From positions 32,001-96,000 of the forward strand of contig JBFRWD010000078.1 of assembly GCA_051439425.1 (NCBI GenBank): DNA of 64,000 nt, in the 5' to 3' direction. The notes below the pieces were generated by a model. The model was not told the DNA's origin. It searched no databases and saw only the letters and a list, made by a program, of their open reading frames with translations. A program made the position numbers and the translations under genes. Below, one piece after another: positions 30,462 through 39,227 of this stretch. This DNA comes from Synechococcus sp. (lineage in GTDB: Bacteria > Cyanobacteriota > Cyanobacteriia > Thermostichales > PCC-7336). How positions within the stretch are numbered: position 1 is the first letter of the stretch; each line of letters opens with the position of its first letter.

Positions 30462-32342
30462 ATGTGTGGAATCGCTGGTTTTATTGCTAACAATATTTCC
30501 GAAAACCCATCTGTTTCGTTGCGAAACATGATTGATGCCGTTGCGCATCGCGGACCGGATGACTCGGGCACGTTTGAAGCCAGCATCTCGAATGGCACCC
30601 GACTGCTGGGGTTGGGACACCGCCGCCTTTCGATCATTGACCTCGCCACCGGGCATCAGCCACTCGCCAGCCACGATGGCAGCATCCAATTAGTATTTAA
30701 CGGCGAAATTTACAACCATATAGAATTGCGCGAGCGCCTCCAAAAGCGCGGCTATACGTTTGCAACCAGCTCCGATTCCGAAGCAATTATCTACTCTTAC
30801 TTGGAATATGGAGAAGCTTGCGTTGAGCAGTTTCGCGGGATGTTTGCCTTCGCAATTTGGGATGCCAATCGCGAAGTTCTTTTCTTAGCTCGCGATCGCT
30901 TCGGCAAAAAGCCACTGTTCCTCTACAACCGGGACGGTAATTTTGCGTTTGCCTCAGAAATTAAGTCACTACTGCAATTTCCCGATCTGAAAACCAATAT
31001 CAATTTGCAGTCAATCTCGCAATATTTGTCCTATCGCTACGTTCCCGGCCCCGCGACCTTATTTGAAAATATCGTCAAACTACCGCCTGGGGCGATCGCC
31101 ACTTGGAAACAGGGGGACGTCCAGCAATGCTCCTTTTACACTCCCCCTGATAAGCAGAAACAAATCCAACAGCAATCGGATAGCTCCGATGATTTAGTGG
31201 GGGATTTTCTGAACGAGCTAGAAGAATCCGTGCAGGTGCGGATGATCAGTGACGTACCGATTGGGGCATTTCTCTCGGGAGGTATTGACTCGTCTGCCGT
31301 TGTGGGACTGATGGCGAAGCACAGTCAGCTCCCCGTCCAAACGTTCTCCATCGGATTTTCCGAGTCTAACTACAGCGAGCTCGGATACGCCGGAGTGATT
31401 GCACAGCAATTTAAGACCGATCACCACGAACTGGTAGTCTCTCAGGACGACCTGATGGACTTGTTGCCAGCGATGGTCGAAAGTCGAGATGCCCCGGTTT
31501 CAGAACCATCCGATATTCCGCTCTATTTACTGTCGAAAGAAGCCGAGAAAAACGTCAAAGTTGTGTTGACAGGAGAGGGCAGTGACGAGCTGCTCGGGGG
31601 CTATCCAAAGCACGTTTACGAACGCTATGCCGACAGGTATCAGCTTGTACCTAGATGGCTGCGATCCGGTTTGTTTGAGCCGTTAGTGGAGTCCTTACCC
31701 TATCGGTTCCGTCGTGCCAAAACTGCTGCTTTAAACCTAGGGTTGGATGACTGGGAAGAGCGGATGGTGCGTTGGTTTGGGGCACTATCCAAAAAAGAGG
31801 CGCAATCGCTGGTGGCTCTGCAAGTTCCTCAGCAAAAGGCTTGGCCCACAGACCATTTTGATGCCGATCTGGACAGTACGGCTCTTCGCCGCATTCTGTA
31901 TTTTGACCAAACCAGTTGGTTGCCTGACAACCTATTAGAGCGCGGCGATCGCGTCACGATGGCGGCGTCTATTGAGGCCAGAACTCCGTTCTTAGATCAC
32001 CATCTAGCGGCATTTGTCTCGCAGCTTCCCGATGACTATCGCGTCCGTAATCGGACAACGAAATGGGTTCTGCGCGAAAGTATGAAGCGACTGCTGCCTG
32101 AAAGCATCTTGAATCGGCCCAAGGTTGGTTTTAGGGTACCGGTGAATGTGTGGTTCCAAGGCCCCATGAAGGATTATTTGTACGACCATCTGACAGGCGC
32201 TAATTCTCTGACGGCAGACTACTACCATCCTGCAGAGTTAAACAAACTGCTGGACGAGCATGTCTCCGGTCGTAAGAACCACGAGAAGCTGCTGTGGACT
32301 TTACTCAACCTCGAAGTGTGGCAGCGACGCTACTTTGGTTAA
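30462..32342 (+). CDS. asnB: Asparagine synthase (glutamine-hydrolysing) family amidotransferase
   Basis: MCGIAG, HRGPD, HRRLSIID, FNGEIYN, FLSGGIDSS, TGEGSDE, EARTPFLD. Confidence 0.93.
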   Translation: MCGIAGFIANNISENPSVSLRNMIDAVAHRGPDDSGTFEASISNGTRLLGLGHRRLSIIDLATGHQPLASHDGSIQLVFNGEIYNHIELRERLQKRGYTFATSSDSEAIIYSYLEYGEACVEQFRGMFAFAIWDANREVLFLARDRFGKKPLFLYNRDGNFAFASEIKSLLQFPDLKTNINLQSISQYLSYRYVPGPATLFENIVKLPPGAIATWKQGDVQQCSFYTPPDKQKQIQQQSDSSDDLVGDFLNELEESVQVRMISDVPIGAFLSGGIDSSAVVGLMAKHSQLPVQTFSIGFSESNYSELGYAGVIAQQFKTDHHELVVSQDDLMDLLPAMVESRDAPVSEPSDIPLYLLSKEAEKNVKVVLTGEGSDELLGGYPKHVYERYADRYQLVPRWLRSGLFEPLVESLPYRFRRAKTAALNLGLDDWEERMVRWFGALSKKEAQSLVALQVPQQKAWPTDHFDADLDSTALRRILYFDQTSWLPDNLLERGDRVTMAASIEARTPFLDHHLAAFVSQLPDDYRVRNRTTKWVLRESMKRLLPESILNRPKVGFRVPVNVWFQGPMKDYLYDHLTGANSLTADYYHPAELNKLLDEHVSGRKNHEKLLWTLLNLEVWQRRYFG

Positions 32343-32492
32343 CGTCACGACGAAGGATATTTAACCCGCCGCACAAAGAACCACCTACTAATGAGATGCG
32401 ATCGCGATCGCACATCACTGTAGAGATCGATCGCTGCTACTGATGTTGTCAATTGGGATACTGAGGCCACGAAAGTTCATTCCGATTGACTT

Positions 32493-33359
32493 ATGCTGAC
32501 TAAATCTTCCTTCCTCTTTAGCGCTGCTGCAGTCACTGCCTTCACACTGGGTGGACTAGCGATCGACGCAGCATCCACGACCGACAGTGCACAGGCCGTA
32601 ATTGGAAACCAGCTGCAATGGGACTGCTTCCGCAAGAGCGACAACGAATTTAGCTTCGGCTCTCATTCCGATGTTAGTAACAGCTCCATCCTATGCGTTC
32701 AAAATCCAGACTTCGATCCAACTCCACCATCGCAGTACACCAATCCCGGAAGCGGTGCAGCAGATATTCTGACGATCTTGTTCTTGAATAGCCTGCTCGA
32801 TCGATTGGATGATAACGATGACCTAGCCCATCCAGAAGCACCAGCACCAGTTGACCCCCACCCCGACCCCATCGTCGATTTATATGACGACTGTATTGCC
32901 TACAATCCCTTCCATTTGGAAGTACGTGATGAAGGGACAAACGGTTGGTTATTGACCGATGGAGCCTCCCGCATGCAAGTGCTGGATGACTATGACGATG
33001 CCACCGAGGCATTAGCCGTCGCCCGCCGCCACACCCACCACTGCTTCATCGGGCGCAGCAACAACCGACCCGAGCGTAGTCGCTACATTACCGAATACTG
33101 GTTGGGAGATTCCGGCATTAACGCCGGTCAGATCGGGGGAGATTGCCGCTCTTACAATCCGGCCGACATCCGAATCGTAGATGAAGGTGCCAATGGTTGG
33201 TTGCTGACGGATGGTATTTCTCGCATGGATATATTGGACAACTTGGAAGATGCCGAACTGGCTTTGGGGTTAGCTCGCGAACACAACACTCGATGCTTTG
33301 TGGGCCGTGGTAACAATCGCCCCAATCAGAGGGCTTACATTCTGGAGTACTGGCTGTAG
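32493..33359 (+). CDS. Secreted protein with two ~75-aa Cys-bracketed repeats
   Basis: Signal peptide followed by two copies of DC..YNP....DEG.NGWLLTDG.SRM..LD...DA..AL..AR.H...CF.GR.NNRP....YI.EYWL. Confidence 0.8.
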   Translation: MLTKSSFLFSAAAVTAFTLGGLAIDAASTTDSAQAVIGNQLQWDCFRKSDNEFSFGSHSDVSNSSILCVQNPDFDPTPPSQYTNPGSGAADILTILFLNSLLDRLDDNDDLAHPEAPAPVDPHPDPIVDLYDDCIAYNPFHLEVRDEGTNGWLLTDGASRMQVLDDYDDATEALAVARRHTHHCFIGRSNNRPERSRYITEYWLGDSGINAGQIGGDCRSYNPADIRIVDEGANGWLLTDGISRMDILDNLEDAELALGLAREHNTRCFVGRGNNRPNQRAYILEYWL

Positions 33360-33438
33360 CGGACTCTCCCGACAAGGTCAGCCGTCTTGGTAAAAGGTAG
33401 ATGGAGCCAAGTCGCTGGCACCATCTACTACTTGTTTG

Positions 33439-33543
33439 TATGGCAATCCGCAGTAGGGCCTGGAGTGCGGAGACCGCTCAAACCCTTGATTTCCAAAGAA
33501 ATACGGTTATAGAACTCTCCATAGCTGATTGCCGAAAGCTATA
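33439..33543. mobile_element. 105-bp MITE-like dispersed repeat, copy 2 (most diverged)
   Basis: TATGGCAATCCGC...CTCCATAGCTGATTGCCGAAAGCTATA. Same length as copies 1 and 3 and aligns to them without gaps. Confidence 0.75.
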
Positions 33544-33557
33544 TTTGTTCATTCCGA

Positions 33558-34031
33558 CTACTCGGGCAATCGCCCCATTTGGCATACCTGCTCAAAATGC
33601 ACTGCTTCAACCGGTTGAACCGACAGCCGCACTCCTCGCTGCACCACCTTCATCCCCGATAGCTCCGGCTGCGCTTTTAACTCAGCCAAACTGACGAGAT
33701 GGGGGAATTTTTCGACAAACTGAATATCCACCATAAACCACGTGGGAGAATCCGGATCGGATTTTGGGTCGTAATGTTTGTCCTCAGTGTCCCAAGCCGT
33801 GAAGTCGGGATACCCAGTCCGGCAGACAGTGGCCAATCCTGCTACGCCAGGAGGCTTGGTATTGGAGTGATAGAACAACACGCGATCGCCCACCTGCATG
33901 ACATCGCGCATAAAGTTGCGAGCTTGATAGTTTCGTACCCCATCCCAGTGGGTTGTATCCTCTCGCTGTAGGTCATCAATGGAATATTCGCTAGGCTCAC
34001 TCTTCATCAGCCAGTATTGAGTCATCACCAC
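33558..34031 (-). CDS. EVE domain protein
   Basis: YWLMKSEP, WDGVRNYQARNFMR, FYHS, RLSVQPV. Confidence 0.95.
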   Translation of the reverse strand: MVMTQYWLMKSEPSEYSIDDLQREDTTHWDGVRNYQARNFMRDVMQVGDRVLFYHSNTKPPGVAGLATVCRTGYPDFTAWDTEDKHYDPKSDPDSPTWFMVDIQFVEKFPHLVSLAELKAQPELSGMKVVQRGVRLSVQPVEAVHFEQVCQMGRLPE

Positions 34032-34186
34032 ACCTCAACGCTCACGAATTCACTCTAGCGTGGTGGCAGCCTGCTACCAGATGGCATATCCAACACAGAA
34101 TCCCCCGAAAAACAACTACAAAATCGGGGCGGTTCAAAATCGGGGCATTTTGGGCAACACTCGCCGCAAACAATGAACCACAACTA

Positions 34187-34634
34187 TCAAAGTTTGCAGA
34201 ACCGGGTAGAAGCAGGGAGATGCCCTCTCTGGAAGCGCTGGAATCCCAACATCTCCAGCCAGTGAGGACGGGCATCACCATTTATCAATTCTCTGGGACT
34301 CTCCCCCATCCGCTCGGCCACCTGGCTGCGCATGAAACAGCGGCAATTCAAACTCTTGCGTAGTAAAAAGTAGTTGCGCAGACAGGAATTCAGGTTCTCC
34401 ACCAGTTAGCTGGTTCGGGATGTTTGCTTGAGTACCTCTGCCACGCTCTCCATCACCACGTGAAACAGACCGAGGAGCTGGGAATGCAACTAATTCCAGC
34501 GCTCCCAGTAGGTCTTTGATGTCGGTCGCTTTCGGAACAGAAAACAAACCTCACGCACCCCCCAGCATCAAGTTAAAGCTGCGAGCAATGGCTACCGGTT
34601 TGCGATCTGGGACACCATCGAAGGCCAACAAATC
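34187..34634 (-). pseudogene. Degenerate transposase C-terminal remnant
   Basis: Reads DLLAF.. / frameshift / VREVC..RK.PTS..YWERWN*LHSQL...KQTSRTS*LVENLNSCLRNYF...CFMRS...SPREL..G..RPHWLEMLGFQRFQR. In-frame stops at 34490-92 and 34406-08. From memory this resembles an unclassified cyanobacterial transposase family. Confidence 0.65.
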
Positions 34635-34663
34635 AAAACTGTCCCGAGTATTGTTCTAAACCA

Positions 34664-35554
34664 TCAAACTAAAATCGATTCCCATGGAAGGCGAGCGAAC
34701 TGGAGAACTCCAAAAAGACAAATATACGAGATGCGCGTCCATTTATATTTGGGTGGGCATTGGGCAAAGCCCATAATGATTAGGACATAGGCAAAACCTA
34801 AAACAGGTAGCAAGAAATATGTGGTCGCAACAAAAGTTATTAGGAGCCAGTCTCGACATCGAGATATAAATCTTGAATCTTCGATCAGAAAAAACACGGC
34901 AACTAAACCTTCAATAAAAATTGTCCAATAAGATGCAGACAAAGTGAATATTTGTAAGCGGGGAGATGTGAGAAGGAAGACACTTCCGATCAGTTCGGGA
35001 AACTGACCCAGCATTGATTCAAACAGGCGATTTTGCTCAAGAGAATATTGAGAAAGACCGCCAATTATGGATGCAACCGATTCAACTCGTATATCTGTCA
35101 GAAACGTATATTCTAAAAACGATCCATCCCAATATTCCCCAGACAAAACTTTCCAGCCAGTTGCAAACAGAAAAGTCAAGCCAATCAACAATCTTCCGTT
35201 CCAAGCAAGAACGCCATCTGAATTCTTTGACGACGTAGCTAACGCACAAACTAAACACCAATAAGCAATCAGAATTTTATGATTGTCTATCCACAACCAC
35301 ACAGTTGCGTTAACTAGCCATACCAAACCACAAATCATTACCCACATCACCTGATTGAGAAGTAATGCAGGGGACAACAGCATCAATCCGCATATAACTC
35401 TTAGAGGAACATCGACTAAAAGAGTTGTTGAACCATGAATGAATAGTAAAAGTAGCGTAAGTCTGAGAACTATATGGTGCCTTGGCTGTTCAAATAAATC
35501 ATCAAAAAGTGAGAAAACTAGCTTTGAAGAAGGAGAGACAGGATTATTTTTCAT
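34664..35554 (-). CDS. HTTM-domain membrane protein (SdpB / vitamin K-dependent carboxylase-like)
   Basis: Polytopic membrane protein. WIDNHKIL ~ GGCX WNNHSYL; FLFATGWKVLSGEYWDG ~ YFIAGVKKLDADWVEG; also WTIFIEGL and LGFAYVLI ~ GMFSYVML. ATG at 35554 (ORF track TTG 35584). Confidence 0.7.
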   Translation of the reverse strand: MKNNPVSPSSKLVFSLFDDLFEQPRHHIVLRLTLLLLFIHGSTTLLVDVPLRVICGLMLLSPALLLNQVMWVMICGLVWLVNATVWLWIDNHKILIAYWCLVCALATSSKNSDGVLAWNGRLLIGLTFLFATGWKVLSGEYWDGSFLEYTFLTDIRVESVASIIGGLSQYSLEQNRLFESMLGQFPELIGSVFLLTSPRLQIFTLSASYWTIFIEGLVAVFFLIEDSRFISRCRDWLLITFVATTYFLLPVLGFAYVLIIMGFAQCPPKYKWTRISYICLFGVLQFARLPWESILV

Positions 35555-35561
35555 ACAAAGA

Positions 35562-36179
35562 CTAAGTCCACTCTCCAATTTCAACCACCGGTGTCAACGG
35601 CTCGGCAGCAAGACGCTTCTCCTTGCGATCGAAGCGGATACGCCACCATTGCAGTCTTACCGCTTTCAGCGATCTCTTGAGTGCATCATTATCTGGGTCG
35701 TAGTTGCTCCGAACTCTATATAGTGAATCCGACAGGGTATTAACTTGATGATTTAATATGTTCTCAAACGGTAGCTCTTCAATCTCCCGTAAATTGGGAT
35801 TATCTTCAAGGAGCTGTTGAATGACATGCTGGCGTTTAATTGTAGTTGGAACAATCGCATCCGATAGTAACTCCTCCCCAATTTGAGCTAAATCACTTTC
35901 GCGCGGGAAAGAGCGGATCCGCCGAATCGTAGCTGTAGGCAACACGCTATAAGCATCGATTCGTAAGCGTTCTCCGTCTAAGCCAAGGCCCTCTGCAAAA
36001 ATGATACGCATTGAAGGGGCATCAACTGCCGCAAACATACCAAATCCCCCACCTTTCCATGGAGACAAATTAGTTGTTTGGACTAGATAGATTTGTAATA
36101 GTGCGACAAAGACTAAGATTGAGGCAGGCAATGCATGTTCTATATAGAAAGAAATGCGATCGCCTAATTTAAATTTCAA
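35562..36179 (-). CDS. Membrane-anchored partner protein (SdpA/DUF5819/LMF-like)
   Basis: One N-terminal TM, then LSPWKGGGFGMFAAVD, ending AVRLQWWRIRFD. TTG start with an AGAGGGG RBS. Confidence 0.6.
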   Translation of the reverse strand: MKFKLGDRISFYIEHALPASILVFVALLQIYLVQTTNLSPWKGGGFGMFAAVDAPSMRIIFAEGLGLDGERLRIDAYSVLPTATIRRIRSFPRESDLAQIGEELLSDAIVPTTIKRQHVIQQLLEDNPNLREIEELPFENILNHQVNTLSDSLYRVRSNYDPDNDALKRSLKAVRLQWWRIRFDRKEKRLAAEPLTPVVEIGEWT

Positions 36180-36211
36180 GGCAACCCCTCTTGCTCATTC
36201 AGTCGGTGCAG

Positions 36212-36466
36212 TTAATCAAAAAATCGCTCAGCATCTTCATGCCGTTCTTCGAAAGCACCTTCCTCCCTTCGTTCAGAACGATTTTCCCTACGTTCTTCTC
36301 CATCTCTTCCTTCTACTTCTTCAGCAAAGTCAAAAACTGTTCTAGCGAAAAGCGTTGATAAAGGATTACGAGTCTCGGAGGAGGAAATATTGTTCGAGGC
36401 ACCAACAAAAGGGGCCACAGCAAACATCGACAAACCAATAATCCCAAGAAGAACGATCTTAGTCAT
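36212..36466 (-). CDS. Small secreted Glu/Arg-rich peptide, putative precursor/substrate
   Basis: Sec-type signal (about 23 aa), Ser-rich linker, then EEVEGRDGEERRENRSERREEGAFEERHEDAERFFD. Spacing to neighbours is 26 and 32 bp. Confidence 0.7.
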   Translation of the reverse strand: MTKIVLLGIIGLSMFAVAPFVGASNNISSSETRNPLSTLFARTVFDFAEEVEGRDGEERRENRSERREEGAFEERHEDAERFFD

Positions 36467-36492
36467 GATAATCTCAAGAGCACGCCAGATTA

Positions 36493-37476
36493 TTACTGTA
36501 TTTGAAAAGAATCAAGGTATTGAGTGATATTTGCGATCACCTCCGATTTCGCACCAATTGCAAATAGTCGTTGTTCAACTAGATATAGATAAAATGCAAT
36601 CAGTTCACCATTGTCATTTATTGCCAGGTAAGACAGTCCCGAATAATCACCCAATGAAATAGGCTCCCCTTCCTCTCCAATTTCGGTAAGAGATAATTCT
36701 TCTATAATAGAATCCCCAACACGAGACAAAATTAAGTCAGATTCAGCTTGTAGCGTGTTGGCCTCTAAGTCAGTATAGGCAACTGCATACAAGTCCTTGG
36801 GAGAGGCAAAGTTTCGAGCCTCAAGGACACTCCATGTAAACTCCTCACCTTCCACTTGACTGGTTGCAAGAGATTCCTCGTTTGGCTCTGCAGGCAAACT
36901 TATACTAAATCTCCCATCCTCAAAAAGATATCTCTGCCACGAGTCAATCTCAAACGAATCGAAAAACTGACTAAGGCTGTCTAGTGAACTAGACGAGCTC
37001 ACCAGGCTGTAAAGCCGCCGATCTGCTAAATAAAGCCTGAGAACAGAGAGCTGATTATCTCGAATGCCAATGAACTCTTTGCCGGGAAATCCATCAACCT
37101 CAATCTCTCTTCCACCTAAATTAATAGGTTCCCAGTCATACTCATCCATAAATGTATTTTGGATGCCTCGAACAAAAGCATCTTGCCCTGCCTCTATCCC
37201 ATCAGCCGATAAATCGCTGTAGGCAACCGAGTAAATCCCATTTTCGTCTTCAGATCTAATGACAGTCCAGACAGTCTCCTCATCTGCAATAGAAACTGTA
37301 TGTGAATCAATGTTGGGTTCATCAGGTATTTGAATGGAAAACTGACCCTCTTCCGATACGTGCTTAGACCAAGAAGCGCCGTCAGAGAGAGAGGTTTGGG
37401 CAAAGGACACTGTCGGTGATGCAATAGAGAAAAGTGATACACCTAAAACAACTCCTATGCCTTGAACTATTTTCAT
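36493..37476 (-). CDS. Secreted acidic protein with two ~145-aa repeats (possibly PsbP/Mog1-like fold)
   Basis: Signal peptide ending SFA. Two copies of W......G.FSI..P.EPN...Y.VAY.DL...YL...RL.....F/Y.DSF.I. Confidence 0.75.
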   Translation of the reverse strand: MKIVQGIGVVLGVSLFSIASPTVSFAQTSLSDGASWSKHVSEEGQFSIQIPDEPNIDSHTVSIADEETVWTVIRSEDENGIYSVAYSDLSADGIEAGQDAFVRGIQNTFMDEYDWEPINLGGREIEVDGFPGKEFIGIRDNQLSVLRLYLADRRLYSLVSSSSSLDSLSQFFDSFEIDSWQRYLFEDGRFSISLPAEPNEESLATSQVEGEEFTWSVLEARNFASPKDLYAVAYTDLEANTLQAESDLILSRVGDSIIEELSLTEIGEEGEPISLGDYSGLSYLAINDNGELIAFYLYLVEQRLFAIGAKSEVIANITQYLDSFQIQ

Positions 37477-37811
37477 AGCACATACTTAACTCGCGAAGCT
37501 TTTCAACTATATAGCAACCAATGGTTTGACTGACTCCATTCTCTACTCCTTTACTAGGGTTGGAAACTCTAGCAAGATAGAACGAACATTGTCTCCTATG
37601 GGCTACAGGGCTTAGCAGGAACGTCAGGCTCGGACACTTGGCTACGCATGAAGCAACGGTGATTCAGGAAAAACTGCCGCAGGTTCAGAATCGTATAGCT
37701 CTAGACGCACTTTCAGTGATAGTCTCCCCAGTTCGAAACTATCAAGACAAAACCACTGCAGCAGCGTTTTGAGTTCCCAAGCCAGTGAAACGAGTTTTCG
37801 TTCTTTATCGA

Positions 37812-39203
37812 CTATCCAATCAAAAACGTTTCTTCCGGATATTTCAGCAACTGTCCAGCAGGAGAATCGCGATACAGAGCCCCCATCAACAACAAAATCC
37901 CTACCCGTCCGCAGTACATCGTAGGAATGAGCACGAGGTGGGAAAGAGGGGACAGGTCAGCAGTGTTCACAGTCGATAAACCGACCGTGGCGTACGCCGA
38001 TACCGCTTCAAACATCAGATCTACAAACGGGATGCGATCGCCATCAATCAGAGCCAACAAGGTCGTGCATAATGCCACCATACCCACAGAGCCCACTAGC
38101 ACCCCAATCGCCTTGTTAATCAAGGCTTCGGGAACAGTGCGGCGAAATAGAGTCACGCAATCTTTGCCACTCAAGGCCGAGCGAGTGCAGCCCATCAACG
38201 TTCCTACGGTAGTGGTCTTGATGCCTCCCCCCGTACCTCCAGGGCTGGCACCAATGAACATCAAAATGATGACGATAAATATCGACGAGGGGCGCAAAGC
38301 AGACTGACTGACGCTCTGAAACCCAGCCGTGCGTGTCGTGACTGATTGAAAAAATGCAGCAAGCAACCGGTTGTGGGGGGAAAACGGCTGAAATGAGCTG
38401 GGGTTATTCCATTCAGCTCCCAGAAAAAATAGCATCCCTCCAAGCAACAGCAAAATGCTGGTGGAGATAGCAATTTTGAAGTTCAGAGAGAAATTTTCCC
38501 GCTGAACGGTGCGATCCCCCAGCCACGCGCGCCGTGCCCATTCATACAGCTCGAAGATGACGCTAAATCCAATCCCCCCCAACAGAATTAATGTGGAGAG
38601 TGTCAAGATTGTAATAGGGCTGCGCTGAAATTGCTCCAAGCTATCGCTGAATAAGCTAAATCCAGCGTTATTGAACGCACTAACGCTGTGAAAGATGGAT
38701 GTCCACAAGCCCCGTTTCCATCCCATCTCCGGTACCCAGGCCTGAGCCAGCAACAATGCTCCAAGAGACTCGAACAGGGCCGTCATGCCAATAATGGCCG
38801 AGACCAGTTGCAACGCGCCGGAGTCACCCAACGCCGCTCCGACAGCTTCCTGCATACTTATCCGGCTACGCAAACTAACGCGTCGTCCGACGATCAGCAA
38901 AAGGAAGCTGGTCGCAGTCATATAGCCCAGTCCTCCCAACTGAATCAACGCGAGGAGTATGACTTGGCCGAATAACGAAAAATGCGTGCCGGTATCGACA
39001 ACAGCCAAACCGGTCACGCATACAGCAGACGTAGATGTGAATAACGCCGTTAGCCACGAGTTCCACTCACCATTGGCGGTGGACCACGGTAACCATAGCA
39101 ATAGGGCTCCCACAACAATCGTGGCGACAAAGCCCAGACAAATAGTTTGGGGTGGCGTCAGCGATCGCGTCAGTTTCTGCCACCAGTTCGGGGAGCCCAG
39201 CAT
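37812..39203 (-). CDS. ktrB: TrkH/KtrB family K+ uptake membrane subunit
   Basis: SAVCVTGL, SAFNNAGFSL, TTRTAGF, GASPGGTGGGIKTTT, SAYATVGLS. Confidence 0.93.
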   Translation of the reverse strand: MLGSPNWWQKLTRSLTPPQTICLGFVATIVVGALLLWLPWSTANGEWNSWLTALFTSTSAVCVTGLAVVDTGTHFSLFGQVILLALIQLGGLGYMTATSFLLLIVGRRVSLRSRISMQEAVGAALGDSGALQLVSAIIGMTALFESLGALLLAQAWVPEMGWKRGLWTSIFHSVSAFNNAGFSLFSDSLEQFQRSPITILTLSTLILLGGIGFSVIFELYEWARRAWLGDRTVQRENFSLNFKIAISTSILLLLGGMLFFLGAEWNNPSSFQPFSPHNRLLAAFFQSVTTRTAGFQSVSQSALRPSSIFIVIILMFIGASPGGTGGGIKTTTVGTLMGCTRSALSGKDCVTLFRRTVPEALINKAIGVLVGSVGMVALCTTLLALIDGDRIPFVDLMFEAVSAYATVGLSTVNTADLSPLSHLVLIPTMYCGRVGILLLMGALYRDSPAGQLLKYPEETFLIG

Positions 39204-39227
39204 TCAGAGAATAGTTCTATTCAGAAT

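Noticed and set aside
30462..32342. asnB as a lasso-peptide cyclase
   Set aside because: It has an intact N-terminal Cys glutaminase domain, and no B1/B2 proteins or lasso precursor are visible nearby.
34275..34547. 90-aa minus-strand ORF as a real gene
   Set aside because: Alternative frame of the decayed transposase; the homologous frame is the one interrupted by stops.
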